Assembly: GCA_036172245.1 (NCBI GenBank)
Contig: JAYWIR010000015.1
Coordinates: forward strand, 2,232,001 to 2,296,000
DNA: 64,000 nt
Direction of reading: 5' to 3'
Source: Raillietiella orientalis
Taxonomy: Eukaryota
Under the pieces are notes generated by a model. That model saw only the letters and a list, made by a program, of their open reading frames with translations. It did no database searches and was not told the DNA's origin. Shown in pieces: positions 13,390-26,069 of this stretch (position 1 is its first letter; each line of letters opens with the position of its first letter). Both the position numbers and the translations under genes were made by a program.

Positions 13390-13711
13390 GACTGGTATAC
13401 TCATTTTTTGCCTCTTGTAAAATAGTGAAGAATATGCCACTGTACTATATGCATGCATCAGCGTTGGTGATATTTTTTAAACAAATAATCAGTTATTTAC
13501 AAAAACCATTTGCTTTGTGCAGTTGTACCTCCAGAACAATGAAGCAAGGCTCGTTCTGGAGCTTGCAGATTTTTTCTGAAATACATCAGATGTTTGCCAT
13601 AAATGATTACAGATGGTGTAGGAACATTGTGACATCTTGCACCAGTCTGCCAATTGTTTGTTTTCCTCCAAACTGGAAAGATTGACTATAACATCAAATC
13701 GATAAAACACT

Positions 13712-14882
13712 TCATGTAAGCAGTCCCAAAGCTGATTTTTCCAGGGCTTTTTTATGTACCACTTCCACATTGCGTTCTCTCCAGGAGCTCTTCCTTAATT
13801 TGATGGGTCGGCTACCCACATATTTACCTATAAACCACAGAACATTTCTTGTAAAACTCAACTTGATTCTATCACCATTCATTTCCTTCATTGCTTTAGT
13901 AAAGTCCTGGGGATCTTTAAAACTGATAAAGCCAAAGCCCTTGGTCTTGTTTGTACGTTTGTCTCGAACCACTTTGGCTTTTAAAAATGAAGGATAACGG
14001 CTGAAAGCACGTGTCAAGACATCATCAGTAACATCATTTCCAAGGTCACCACAAAAAATTCGAAAATCATCTGCAGCCAATTATATACCAAATAACCACA
14101 AATGTCTAACCTGGATCCCAGTCAGAAAGAGAATTATCTTCCCAAACTTGACCGCCAGCAACTCTGATATACTTTCTTGGCTTGGTATCTATTCTTCGTC
14201 TCCTCATCAAAGCCTCATCCCGACTAGTAGTGACAATAGTTGAGGCACGCACTCTTTCTGCCATCTCCCTAGCCTACAAAGACACTACTATATTGGTTGG
14301 CAATGTAACATTTACATACCTTTGTCAATAACTCTTCTTTCTTTGCTAATTCAGCTGCTTTGGGATCAGGCTGTGGTTGGTACACCTGATAGGTTTGAGG
14401 AGGGAGAATCTGTTGCCGTCCTGAATAAGCTTTAGGAGCTGCACTAATAACAACAGGAGTTGGAATGGAACAAACAGGTTCTTCTTTTTTGGGTGCTTTC
14501 TCTACTTCATAACTATTGTCCACATATAAACTTCCATTAGTAAGATATGGATAGCCTGTATTGGCTGTAGCTGCTTGCAAAAGACCTGAAGTTTGTCATA
14601 AAGAATGAGCTATGAAGAATAAGAAAAATTACTTGCCAGATGATCTCTGTAGCTGAGGAGGCAAGAAAAAGGAAGAAAGAACAAATTGGGCATGAGTCTG
14701 CAGCTGTTGCTGCACCTGAGAATAAGTATTTGCTGATATGACAGGTGCATATGTTGGGGAGAGGATTTCTGCCTCAAATCTACATAAAGCAAACTTTACA
14801 AATAGTGATATGCATTTGATTCTTGCCTGCTCATTTCAGCTTCCATTTCTTGCTGCTTCAATGCATCGCGTACCGTTGCCAT
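13712..14882 (-). CDS. RBM42: RNA-binding protein 42, a tri-snRNP-associated RRM protein (6 exons)
   Basis: Exons 14882-14827, 14779-14637, 14585-14320, 14273-14111, 14070-13876, 13827-13712. Motifs: EMEAEMSRFEAEIL, ISANTYSQVQQ, IRVAGGQVWEDNSLSDWDPDDFRIFCGDLGNDV, KTKGFGFISF, MNGKYVGSRPIKLRKS. Introns 1 and 2 need GC donors to keep frame. Confidence 0.95.
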
Positions 14883-17207
14883 TCTATGGGTTTATTTTTA
14901 ATGTTCTGAACCTTGAGAATGATGAAACCCAATTAATAAAAAGTACACATAAAGTTAAGTTTTCAACAAGACACACCCAAGAGCATGCATTTTAAGTCCC
15001 CCCGAATTAAAAAAGACCGGAAACAGGCATCTGTCTCGGATTAGTATACAATCAACCAAAAAGTAAAATGGATGAACGTTCACTTCTCACATCAAATTAC
15101 ACAGACGAATCAACCATTTCCCGAATAAGAACATCACTCGCACCGTCAAAGAAGATGGGGATGTTTTTTTACTTTCAAGTATTTTAATGTAGTAGCGTAA
15201 TACGAAAAAATAACATTCAACTATACATCTATTCATGCACCAATTCGACCAGAACCTTCTTACGCTTACTGCTTAGTAATTCACTGATTTCAGAGGTACC
15301 AAGCTCTACAACATATAACCTTTTTCATTTCATCAACACGTGCAAAGCAACCGTCTTTAATGAAACATTTCCCAGTATGTTAATTTTTATACATATGCAC
15401 ATAAAATTGTGGATAGAAAACTTATACAAATATCAATTCATTTTGTTATCACAGTATCAAAAAGAAATTCGTAATACATGAAAAATGTTTTTCATTTTTT
15501 ATTTTTCATCTTTTCAAATATTCGAGCAGGAAACTCTCCTTGACTCATATCCAACGATAAAATACATACATTAGATGTCGAAAATAAACTGTGAATAATC
15601 GAAGAAATTATTCTGGATAAGCTCTTCTGAATGAGGTGCATGGCAAATGGATCATTATCAATGATGCAATAATTATTTTATTTCATTGTGTAAAATTTAG
15701 GAATAATGGATTGTACTCACCGCGTATCATTATTTACTTTTAAATCATTGCAATTAAAATTGCATTACAATAATTACATTATTTATATATCACGATATTT
15801 TTTTGATAAACTTTGGAACTTTACATGCAAATAGATACACTATAACTTCATTCTAGTATACGACTATAGAAAACATTTATGTGTGAACATTATTTTATGC
15901 ATATATATGCATAAAACAATTGATTAGAAGAATCGAAAGTTTTCCATAATCGAAGGTAACTTCATTAGGAAAAGAGCCTTGATTGCAATTCATCTCGTTA
16001 TTTCAGCTTCATTCATTAGAATGCATTCTATAATTATAATACTACCAGTTTCATATTTCTGGAAGTTTCTGTTTTGCAATTGCGAAATGTTGATCAAGAG
16101 TCTCGGTAAACGCAATTCACATAGAATATTAGTGATTCTGAAATTTGAAATTGCGTCTTACAAGTCATACGTTTAACTTGCATCAGATAGTCAGTTGTTT
16201 CATAAAATCCTTGAAAACCAATTTGGAAGTCGCAGAGAGGGAATTGAATTCTCTCAGTTCTTTGGTAAAATAAAACTGAATTTCGCAAATATGATTTGCA
16301 AATTTTTAAATAAAATTTTATCACTGTAATAAGATTTTTGATCTATTCGAAAGACAATAGTTCAAGGATGCCTTATTCAGTTAGCATGCAAATTATCCGA
16401 GCTGAACTTTATAACTTTCTTGAACACCATTACAAAATTTCCAAGTAATAACTGAATTAGATAAACAGAAACGAAAATTCACAAACGAAAGCATTTTAAA
16501 AAACAGTGAGTCTAAGAATAAAATTTGAAATTACATTTTGAAGCAAAAAGTCACATGAGTTTAAGAGAATTCATTGACTGAACTTTAAAAAACAAATCAG
16601 TCAAAATTCCAGACGAGGATGGTTTAAATTTCCTTGACAAAACTATATGATTAGGAAATACAGAGTTCACCAAAAAGAATTCAAAATAAATTACAGGTAA
16701 ATTTCAGACTTATTGAACAGCACTTCATAGAAATAGCATACAATGTTCATATCAAGGATATCATACTAATTTCTCCGGGATTTGCAACTGATCATTCGCG
16801 ATGAAAAACACATGCGAAAACATCTCCAGTGTGCTATTCATTGTATGCAAATATAAAAAGTGGTCAGATTCAATATAAGGTAAACGATGTGGAAAATTCT
16901 ATTCACCGGTAGCTGGTCCAACGGATCAAGTCAAACATGTCGAATGAATCAGTTCTTTAAAATTCTTGGAATTTTAAACCTGTGTTTATTTGAAGCAATG
17001 TTCCTTATTTTGCCGTGTTTCTTATTTATTCCTTAAAAATATTCACGACTTTTCTTATTCAATAAACTGAAAAAAGTAGTTCAAGTTCATAATGTTTTGG
17101 TATACACCAGCTCAATGCTTTGTTTTGAATAATTTCGTTTTTAAGCTATGTGGCGAAAGCATCCTGTGATAAAAGCAATAAACCAGTTTAGCTGTAACTT
17201 TTGTATC

Positions 17208-17852
17208 AAGATCAAATTTGTATATTTTAAGACTTTGTGTTTCGTCTGTCGAATAAGTAATATGTGAGTTTACTTGGCACTCCAGGTCTTAATTTCAGTT
17301 ATTTGTTTCTGGCGAGGCAATTATTTATGAAACTCGTCGTTATCGTCTTCAGAACATGACTCTGCTCTAAATGGTTTAACAAATCAAATAATGGAAATCT
17401 CATTTTATTTATTGAAAACTAATTCGAATTAAAAATAAAAAGAAAATGAACATAGAAAAGGGAACACAAAAAAATGAATACCTGAAGACGATACATGTAA
17501 TATAATCATTACTGTACATATGTAATCTCATATACTTGTTTCAGTCCATTAGTGTATTTATAGCTTATTTAAAACCGATGGTGTAGAAGATCTGCACATG
17601 CTCATATAAACTTATTCGTCTGTTCAGCTTCCCTTTAAGTGCTTGCATTTATTGATTGTAAAGCTATATTAACCTTGATAAAAACACATTGTACATCTTA
17701 TAATATCATCAAAAACATGAAGCAGGAATGTTTGATAACAGCCTCACATGCTTTTCATTAATTTTTTGAAAATTTTGTGTTAAGATCGAATTTTTATATT
17801 TTAAAAAGACTTTGTGTCTCGTCTGTCGAATAAGTAATATGTGAATTTACTT
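17208..17852 (+). repeat. Pair of ~70-bp direct repeats (17208-17275 and 17782-17852)
   Basis: AAGATCrAATTTkTATATTTTAA(aaa)GACTTTGTGTyTCGTCTGTCGAATAAGTAATATGTGArTTTACTT appears twice, about 575 bp apart. Confidence 0.85.
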
Positions 17853-18996
17853 TTGCTTTTATTTGAGCAAGTAAACCTTAAAAATAGACGACAGGATGTG
17901 TATTTTATTTTCACAACTCAAATGAAGACTTTATAAAAGAGATAAAATTAGACTTCGAACAATCATGTAAGCCTACTTTTCATGAATGCATTGTTTTGAT
18001 ATGTTGATAGATTTTGCCCCCAAAACAACAGGTTGGCTGGTTTCTTATCTATTTATCAAATCATAGTATGTTTTCACGTATGCAAAATCTTTTGATATTT
18101 TGGAGAAATATCAAAAGATTTTGTTATGCTTATCAACTGTTAGTTATCATAAAGACAGTTTACTGCTGTGAAAGACAGTGTATTTACTTCACAATTTAAT
18201 CATTGATTAATTCGATGCAAATTTTCGTGCAACTTTATGGCAGTTGTTTCAACTACGAGTGTTGGTGTAATAGATAGTTTTTAATGGAGCTAAATGCAGT
18301 TCAAATAAATAGTTTTGTGAGCTAACATTGCCAGTAAGGGTCTCGCCAATGAATCCCTTTTATCTGCTCTTAATTATGTTTTTATCTATGAGACTATTCA
18401 AAACGTTGAAGGAGCTCTTCTAATTTTACGCTAGTCGGAGGAATTTTTTTTGGTATAAATGTTCATGTATTGTTTTTATTTCAGTTTGCTATTAATAATC
18501 CTGCTCATCTTATTACTTTGGATGGACTTCTACTTTTGTTACGTAGTCAGCTTGTTATCAGTAAAAACACTAATTAATGTGAGCATGTTAGCCTTGAATC
18601 AAACCTATAAAGAGTGAACTGTTTTCATTTGTAAATATCACTTTCTGTATATCGACTTCGTGCGCATATTAGGTTCCAAAGTTTCAGATAGCAGTAAATG
18701 TAAATGATGTTTAAAAAAAAATTTTTTTTAGCAGAATGATAATACAGTGAATCTATCAAAAGTAAATTTAAAGATTATGAATTTATGTGGTAATGATCAT
18801 CATCGAAATTAAACGAATTCTACTTTGATGAGATCGTCGTACTCCAGAGTGACAAAAGTGGTAGTAATTAATTGAATTGTAATGGAGCATCCACTAACTG
18901 CAAAAATTCTGCTGAATTTTTAATTGGTATTGAAAACTCCAGATAATTTAGTCTTTGAAGTATTGAATTCCAGTTTAATCACATGTTAAACTAGAA

Positions 18997-21900
18997 ATGG
19001 GAACTCGAATGTTTGATTATCAGTTTAGATTAATTATTATTGGTGATATGTCTGTTGGGAAAACAGCCTTTTTGAAATATTTTACAGATAAGAGTTTTAC
19101 AAACGTAAGTGAAAAATTAGAATATTATGGTTCTTGTTTAATCATGATTGAAAATTAAAAAGAGGTATGTGTAATTCAAAAGTTATTTGCATGAAGTTTT
19201 TTTTTACCAGAATATGTAACAGAAAAGATTTAATATATACTTATAAGTTAATTTAAGGCTTTAGATCCTACTGTTGGTGTTGATTTTTTTGCTGGGTTCG
19301 TGCAGTTGGACGGAGGAAAAAGAGTTAGATTACAGCTTTGGGATGCAGCAGGTCAAGAAAGATTTCGGTAAAATTTTCTTAAAATTCTCAACATGCAGTT
19401 TTATTTATACAATAATTAAGAAAAAACATAACGTGTTTCTGTGGTATTAGCTCTCATGTTGATGTGTTTTAACAAATAAGGTTGCTGTTGTATACAGTAA
19501 AACTGTATACTGTTGAGCAGCAGCATAGTGGTTGATCTACTATTTTCTGTTGTTAAGAATAAATTCAAAGTATTATTGCCATTTATTTGATTCTGTTGCA
19601 TCTTGTTAATTGAACAGAATCAGAATGCCTTTACTTCTCGTATTTGAAAAAGCAGCTTGCATTAACAAAAAGTTCCCTCAAATTGATCTTATGTTCTCTC
19701 AAATTGCATTCATTAAAATAGGCCTATTTAGTCCTTATGTCCACAGGTGTTTTTGTGCTTTAATTTTTAAGTGCACTGTTATTGCAAACTGTTTCACATC
19801 TGTTTGGTATTATACTTTTTGTAAGTCTCAAAAATTTGTAAAGGGAGATGCAAATCCCACAGGATCATGTTTGCTATTTTGTTATTGCATGGTGGGCTTT
19901 TGTTGTTTTGAAAGAATATGAATTTGTATTATGAAAATCATAAGGAGATTAATGCATCAGTAGGCTTTCAAAATGCATTACAGGATTTTTCTAATGAAAA
20001 GAAAAATGTATTAAAAAAATGCAGTCTCCAAAAACCATTTTAAGAATAAGCATTTGGTTAATCTGTCTCAGAAAGTGTGAAGGATTATTTTGGAAAAATG
20101 CTGAAGACTGTTTAGGAAGAAAACAAACAAACACTATTTGTTCATGAAGTAATAATTCAGATTAATAATGGTATTTATAATGATTTGGAACTACTGTGTA
20201 TGTGATAGGTGGATATTTCTTCAGCTTCAAATGTGAGAAAAAGCATCGTAACAAGCATAACAGAATGCATAGTAATTCAGACAAAACATAATCAAAACAA
20301 TTTTGGGATGAAGAATTCACTGAAAACTGAGTTTTTTTGGAACTAGTTTGAAAAGTGAAGTTGTGCAGTATCAAAAACTATCTACTTATTAGGAGTGATT
20401 AACAAGAAGTAGGTTTTAAAAACATAAGTAGAAAGGGCCAAGATAAGGTAGAGAATCATTTGAATAGGTGTTCCAATTGGATTGCAGTGAGCAATGTGCC
20501 AGATGTAGGAAAAATTAGATTTTTAGGGATGGAACATTAGTATTCTTTTCAGAAGAATTAGCTCTTAAATATTGAAAAATCAGAACATGGAGTTCAGTTT
20601 TGTGCAGAGATAAAAAGAAAGCCTTTCTTTTCTTTAAAAAAAAAAAAAATCTGTACATCTAAATTTAAGCTTATTAGTAGTCAAGAATTTAAAATATTCT
20701 CCTCATTTTCCATAAATCAATGACATTTTTTTGTGTAAGAACTTATTAAATAATTTTGATAAAATAACACATGATGGAACCCACCCTAGTGGAAGAGCAA
20801 AATCTTACACCAAATGAAAGGAATTCAGTTGTTTATTTTAATATCCTCTTACTTGGTTCCATTGAAATTTATTAAACAGTCTTGGTATATAAATACACTG
20901 AAACAATATGCAGATTCTGAAGGTATGATGAAGTGGTATAATAATTACAAATTATGGGTGTATTTTGTGGAGAGAATACATATTTGAAATTTCAATTAGT
21001 ATATTCAGTGATCATTGCTCATATTTTTAGAAACAAAAGAATCCAGCGCATTGAAACAGCTTTTTGTATTAATCATGTAAAAATTAGTTAAAAATCTAGA
21101 TTTGAGCAGTAATAAAAAAAAAAAAAGATTTGAACAATGGCGTATTCGACATACTTGGAGAAGTATGATAACATTTCGAATTGTTCCATTAAAAGAGTTG
21201 TTAAATCTTCTAACTTATAACTAAAGATGAACTAGCTTTGTAATGAACTAATAAATTATATTGCATTAAACAGAGAATGCTATAGAAAAAAACAATTGCA
21301 CAGAAATGAAGCTGTTCAGATCGAGGACATGTGATGTAATTTATTTAATTAATTTGATTAAAAAAATTGCATGTGATTTTTAGTTCTGTAGAGTTCAACA
21401 CTTGTTTTTACTTCATTCTAGATGCATTGCTAAATCATATTATCAACGTGCAATTGGTGCACTCCTTGCTTATGATATTACTAAAGAAGAAAGTTTCCAC
21501 AATTTGCCATATTGGCTGAATGAAATACGAGAAAATTCTCCAGTGGATGAACCAACTATTATTATGATAGGAACCAAGGTAATGTAGACTTAGTTAAACC
21601 CTAACAGGCTATGTGAAATGTAAAAGGCATAAATAAAATCGTTATTAAAAATACCTTGTAAAAAGTTTTATGAAGCTTTTTTCTCTTAAACAGGTTGATC
21701 TTGAACAGTACCGAGAGGTACCAATTGAGGAAGCCAAAGCCTTTGCCAAATTTCATAACATTAATTTTCTTGAAACATCAGCGAAAACTGGTGAAAATGT
21801 GGAGCTATGTTTTAAAATTATTGCCGAGGTACATTTACTTTTTTATGTTATGATTAGCAGTTTATTGTATGCTTATTTTTCCTATCAAAAATAGTTTTTT

Positions 21901-23929
21901 AACACATAATATCATGATTAATTTAAGCCCAATTTAATATTCGATAAACTTTAAATAAAAGTATCATGTCTGGGTTATTCTTTGATGGTCAAGCTTTTAT
22001 CTATTTTTTAGTCTTTGCAAGACTGGGTGTGAGTGTTGCACTGCCACTGTTTGTTTGTAGTTGTACTCACCATCTCTGTAACACATGTTGATTTTAATGA
22101 TTATAGTGGGAAAAAATATTCTTTGTTTCTTACTATCATTGTTGCAGAGATATTGTAAAGCGATATTAAATATATCATAAGGTAGATTTTTTATTCAGCT
22201 TGCAATCAAGGTACTAATGTTTCTCTGTTTGCTATAAATCTGGAAACATACTACATCAATGTTTGCAACTGTTGCATTACAGTGAACACCACAGTAACTT
22301 AAAGAAGTTGTTGAAATCAAATTATATTATATATTATTGTTTAAATTTTATTGTTTTTTAGAGACACCAGTTTTTGTTTGTTTACTAGAATTCATGCTTA
22401 TTGGGTTTTTGTTTTTAAACAAAAGAGATTGTGAATTCAGAATACTTGTTTCCAGGATGTTTATGGTTTGTGAGAATATGGAAAATATTGCTTACGCATT
22501 TTCTAGTTTTAGAAAAGGGATAAAAAAAAACACTCAAGAATACACATGAAACAAACAATTCTGCTATAAACCACTTAGTGGAACCACATACATGAGATAA
22601 CAATATATCATGATTTCTGTTCTTTTCATGTGTAAAAATGAAAGAATTTCTTTTGTTGCCCCTGCACAATAAAAGAAATTGGAGAATAGGTGAACTAACA
22701 ACAAATATTCATTGTTTCATGTAATGCATATTTCATATGGGTTTTAACGACATAGAAAATGTAATTATAAAATTACACATGTCATTATTCAGATAAATGG
22801 AAAAAGAAGTCATATTTTTTCCTGAAGATCATTTTCAGTTTCAATGTGCTCTACTCACTAGCCCTAATTTGTTAGTTAAATGAGTTTTTAATATGGTTAG
22901 AAAGGATCTATGTATATATGGCAAAATGGCATGCCAACATTTCTAATTTGTGATTTCCAAGTTAAAAGAAACGACTAGATGCTGAGATTACTTGCAATAT
23001 TTGTGAGTGAAAACTATCTCAAAAAATGAAATGTTTCTTGGGAAAATTAGTATTCAATATGATAAAAAATAAACATAGACATTGGAGGATGCCATTATAC
23101 AGTTTCAATTAACAGAATGTAAAAAAGGCGGAACATTTCTTTAAGCGAATTTCTTTTCATTTGGCACATTCTTTTATCAGTGCTATGAACTGAAAAAAAA
23201 GTTTTAGGCCAAATGTGTCTTAACACCAAAAACGTGAACATTAGTTTGGATTTTTATGATGCTTCTGTTTTCAAATAATTGATATGATGCGGACTACCTA
23301 TTGATCGAAATTTTGTAAATTATTTTGTCTGAATGTTAAAAGAACAAATAATTTATGTGGTAAGCTAAAGAAAAGAATGTACATTAGTATAGTACATTAA
23401 AGTGAGTATTTATATTTGAATTTGAAAAAAATCAGTTTTTCTGATTAGTTAAACAGCTGACAGAAATGAAAAATGGTAATAGTTATAAAATGTGCAGTGT
23501 CGTGATTTTGTTCATTCATATAAATATTTAAAAGTTCACAAAGTCCAGTGATTTATTAGCCGATTCAGAAAACTTGCTGTTAGCAGCAGTATACAAATTT
23601 GCCCACCGAAATCCGAACTGCAATTTAGATCGAAAAGATTTTGCTGCTAGTGCAAGTGATTGTTTTCTCTGTCAATCAGATTTAGCATGAGCAAAGTGCA
23701 GTTATCAAAAACTTGACTGCTCTATGCTAAGTGTATTTGAATCATTTCAGTTACATAGTTGTATAAATAAACTGCAGTTGTGCATTCTCAATTTTAGGAA
23801 ATCTATAGAAAGATTATTCAAGGGATTTATGAGCTCAAACCAGATTTTCAAGGAATTAGGTTAGGACAGCCCCATTCTATTGATTCCCTTGAACTAGAGC
23901 GTACAGGACAGAGAAGATGGTGTTGTTGA
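18997..23929 (+). CDS. Rab39-like small GTPase, divergent (5 exons)
   Basis: Exons 18997-19104, 19258-19367, 21422-21578, 21694-21828, 23798-23929, all GT-AG and frame-consistent. Motifs: [48 protein letters not shown] and a C-terminal WCC prenylation motif. YQFRLI and DPTVGVDFF are Rab39 signatures. Confidence 0.9.
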
Positions 23930-24509
23930 AAGTTTTATATGCTGATATTTATAGTACAAAATCAAATAATATATCTGTTGTAATCTTTTCATAACCACTA
24001 CAGAATATATTGTGAAATCTTATACATAATCAGACTTTAAATATTTGAAAAGAGCTACAAGATTCTCAGTGTTGTATGTCCATTTTGTACACACATTTCA
24101 AGCTATGAACGGATTTGAAAATCGTCTTAAGTTTATTTAAAAAAAATGTGAATTCTGACTTGATCAACTGGAACATAACTGAGTGGTCTGAAAAGAAATA
24201 AAATACAAGATCAAGGTTTCTTACCTTTAAGAGAATTGAAAGTGACCATTTATGTGTAGTCATGCAATATAGTAAGTATTTTTATAGATCAAGTAATAAA
24301 AATTGTAATTCTTTAAATTTCTGTAATTTTACTGTTGATATGTTAGATTACTTAACCATTATTTAACCAAATATATTTATATGACACCTGACATATTATA
24401 GAACATTTATGACTATTTCTTTGAGGAAGGAGAGTGCTAAGGTGTGCATTTATGTATGGATGTCATAAATGCATAGAAGTATGCATAAATATTTGTTGCA
24501 TAATATGAT

Positions 24510-24548
24510 TTTCTTACTGAACCTGGATCCTCCAGGTTCAGTAAGAAA
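24510..24548. repeat. Perfect 18-bp inverted repeat, 3-nt loop
   Basis: TTTCTTACTGAACCTGGA-tcc-TCCAGGTTCAGTAAGAAA. Confidence 0.92.
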
Positions 24549-25062
24549 TGTAGTAAATGAACTTTGAAGTTAAGGAAGATGACAGATTTGATTTAAATTA
24601 TTTATTAGTCATATGTATGCACATGTAATGTAAAATGAAAATTATCTGATATAAAGGTATAAAGTTAGAAGAATTAGCTCTAGTTAGTCTACTTTCAGAT
24701 ATTTATTTAATATTGAGGGTGTGTTTTTTGTTTAAGGAAATCAAGAATCAGTTTAATTGAAGTATTTTGTTCATGGCATAAGGAAAGATTTGTTGATTAT
24801 ACTTCTTCTTTGTGTGCATGTGTGGTGGCAATCTTCAAGTACCTAAGAATATATAATGCTGCTTATTGTTTCTTTGATGTGCACTTAAAAAAAGAAAGAA
24901 TTTAGGTGCACTTTAAAAGAGCAATTTACGAAAATGGGGTAAAAGTCTGAACATTTTGTTTTTTGTTTTTGATGCTAGAAATTTCGTAATAAAAAGAAAA
25001 TCTTAGTTCCAAGGAGAAGGCTTTCAATTATAGAAAAAATAAAGAGTTGAAACCGATAAGTA

Positions 25063-25173
25063 CCTCCAATTAAAAGCAGGATCATTAAAAGCAGTGCATT
25101 AAAACATATGTATTAATACATTAATCACTATTAATGTATATATTTAAATGCACTGTGTTTAATGAATTGGAGG
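25063..25173. repeat. Imperfect ~110-bp fold-back, possible MITE relic
   Basis: Nested inverted blocks CCTCCAATT/AATTGGAGG, TCATTAAA/TTTAATGA, CAGTGCATT/AATGCACTG and ATACATTAAT/ATTAATGTAT around a CACT loop. Confidence 0.6.
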
Positions 25174-26069
25174 ATTAATAGTGAATCATAAAGGCAAATG
25201 TGGACGACACTGTTGCTCTGTGACAAAATGAAAATTTTCTTCTGAAAACTTAAAGCACTGGGCATCAAATGCTCAAAAAACATAATTCTGTTAGTTCCAA
25301 GAAGATGGAATTTTTTAATTATAGACTTTTATGAACCATTCTTTACATTTGCACTTAGGGTTTTACATTAGAATTTAAAGAAATGTTCATAATAGTTGCT
25401 TCCGACTGTCAGATCTGATATAGTTTGCTAAAAGTTTAAACAGCACATGGTTTAAAACGGACAATTTTGTGTAAATAATATGAACTATTTCATAGTATAA
25501 CTTTTCATGTGTTACTTTTAATACTTCTTATCCTGAAAACAAATAGAATAAGCATGAGTGATAAATGAAGGAGGACTAAAAACTGACATTTAGGCCCCCT
25601 AATTTTTTGTCTACAGAATATTTTTGGTAATTATGCTATCCCTCATTGTGAGCTTCAGTTTTTACTCTTCTGCTATTATACCTTGGTAACGAAACCTAAC
25701 GTATTTATTTAACTTAACCATTCTGAACTAGATTGGCATCTCGGGATATCTTATGAGGTTGCCCACTCGCAATGTTTCAAGGCATGTAACACACGCTATT
25801 TTATATATCAAAACGGTGAATACAACTGGAAAGGGATCTGGATTATTTATTTCAAAGGACTGGACATCTGTTCGTCTTTTTATTGAAGTAAACATCAGAG
25901 CAATTTTTCATATCTGTTTGGAGGACATTTCATGTATATACAGCTGAAAAATTAAGCAACTGGCATCAAGGATAAGTAGATTCAAAGACAGGCCTTCACG
26001 CAATTAAACCAATAAAAAGTTGCGCATGGACACAGGCATTAATGTTTAAAAGGCATTCAAAAAACTCAA

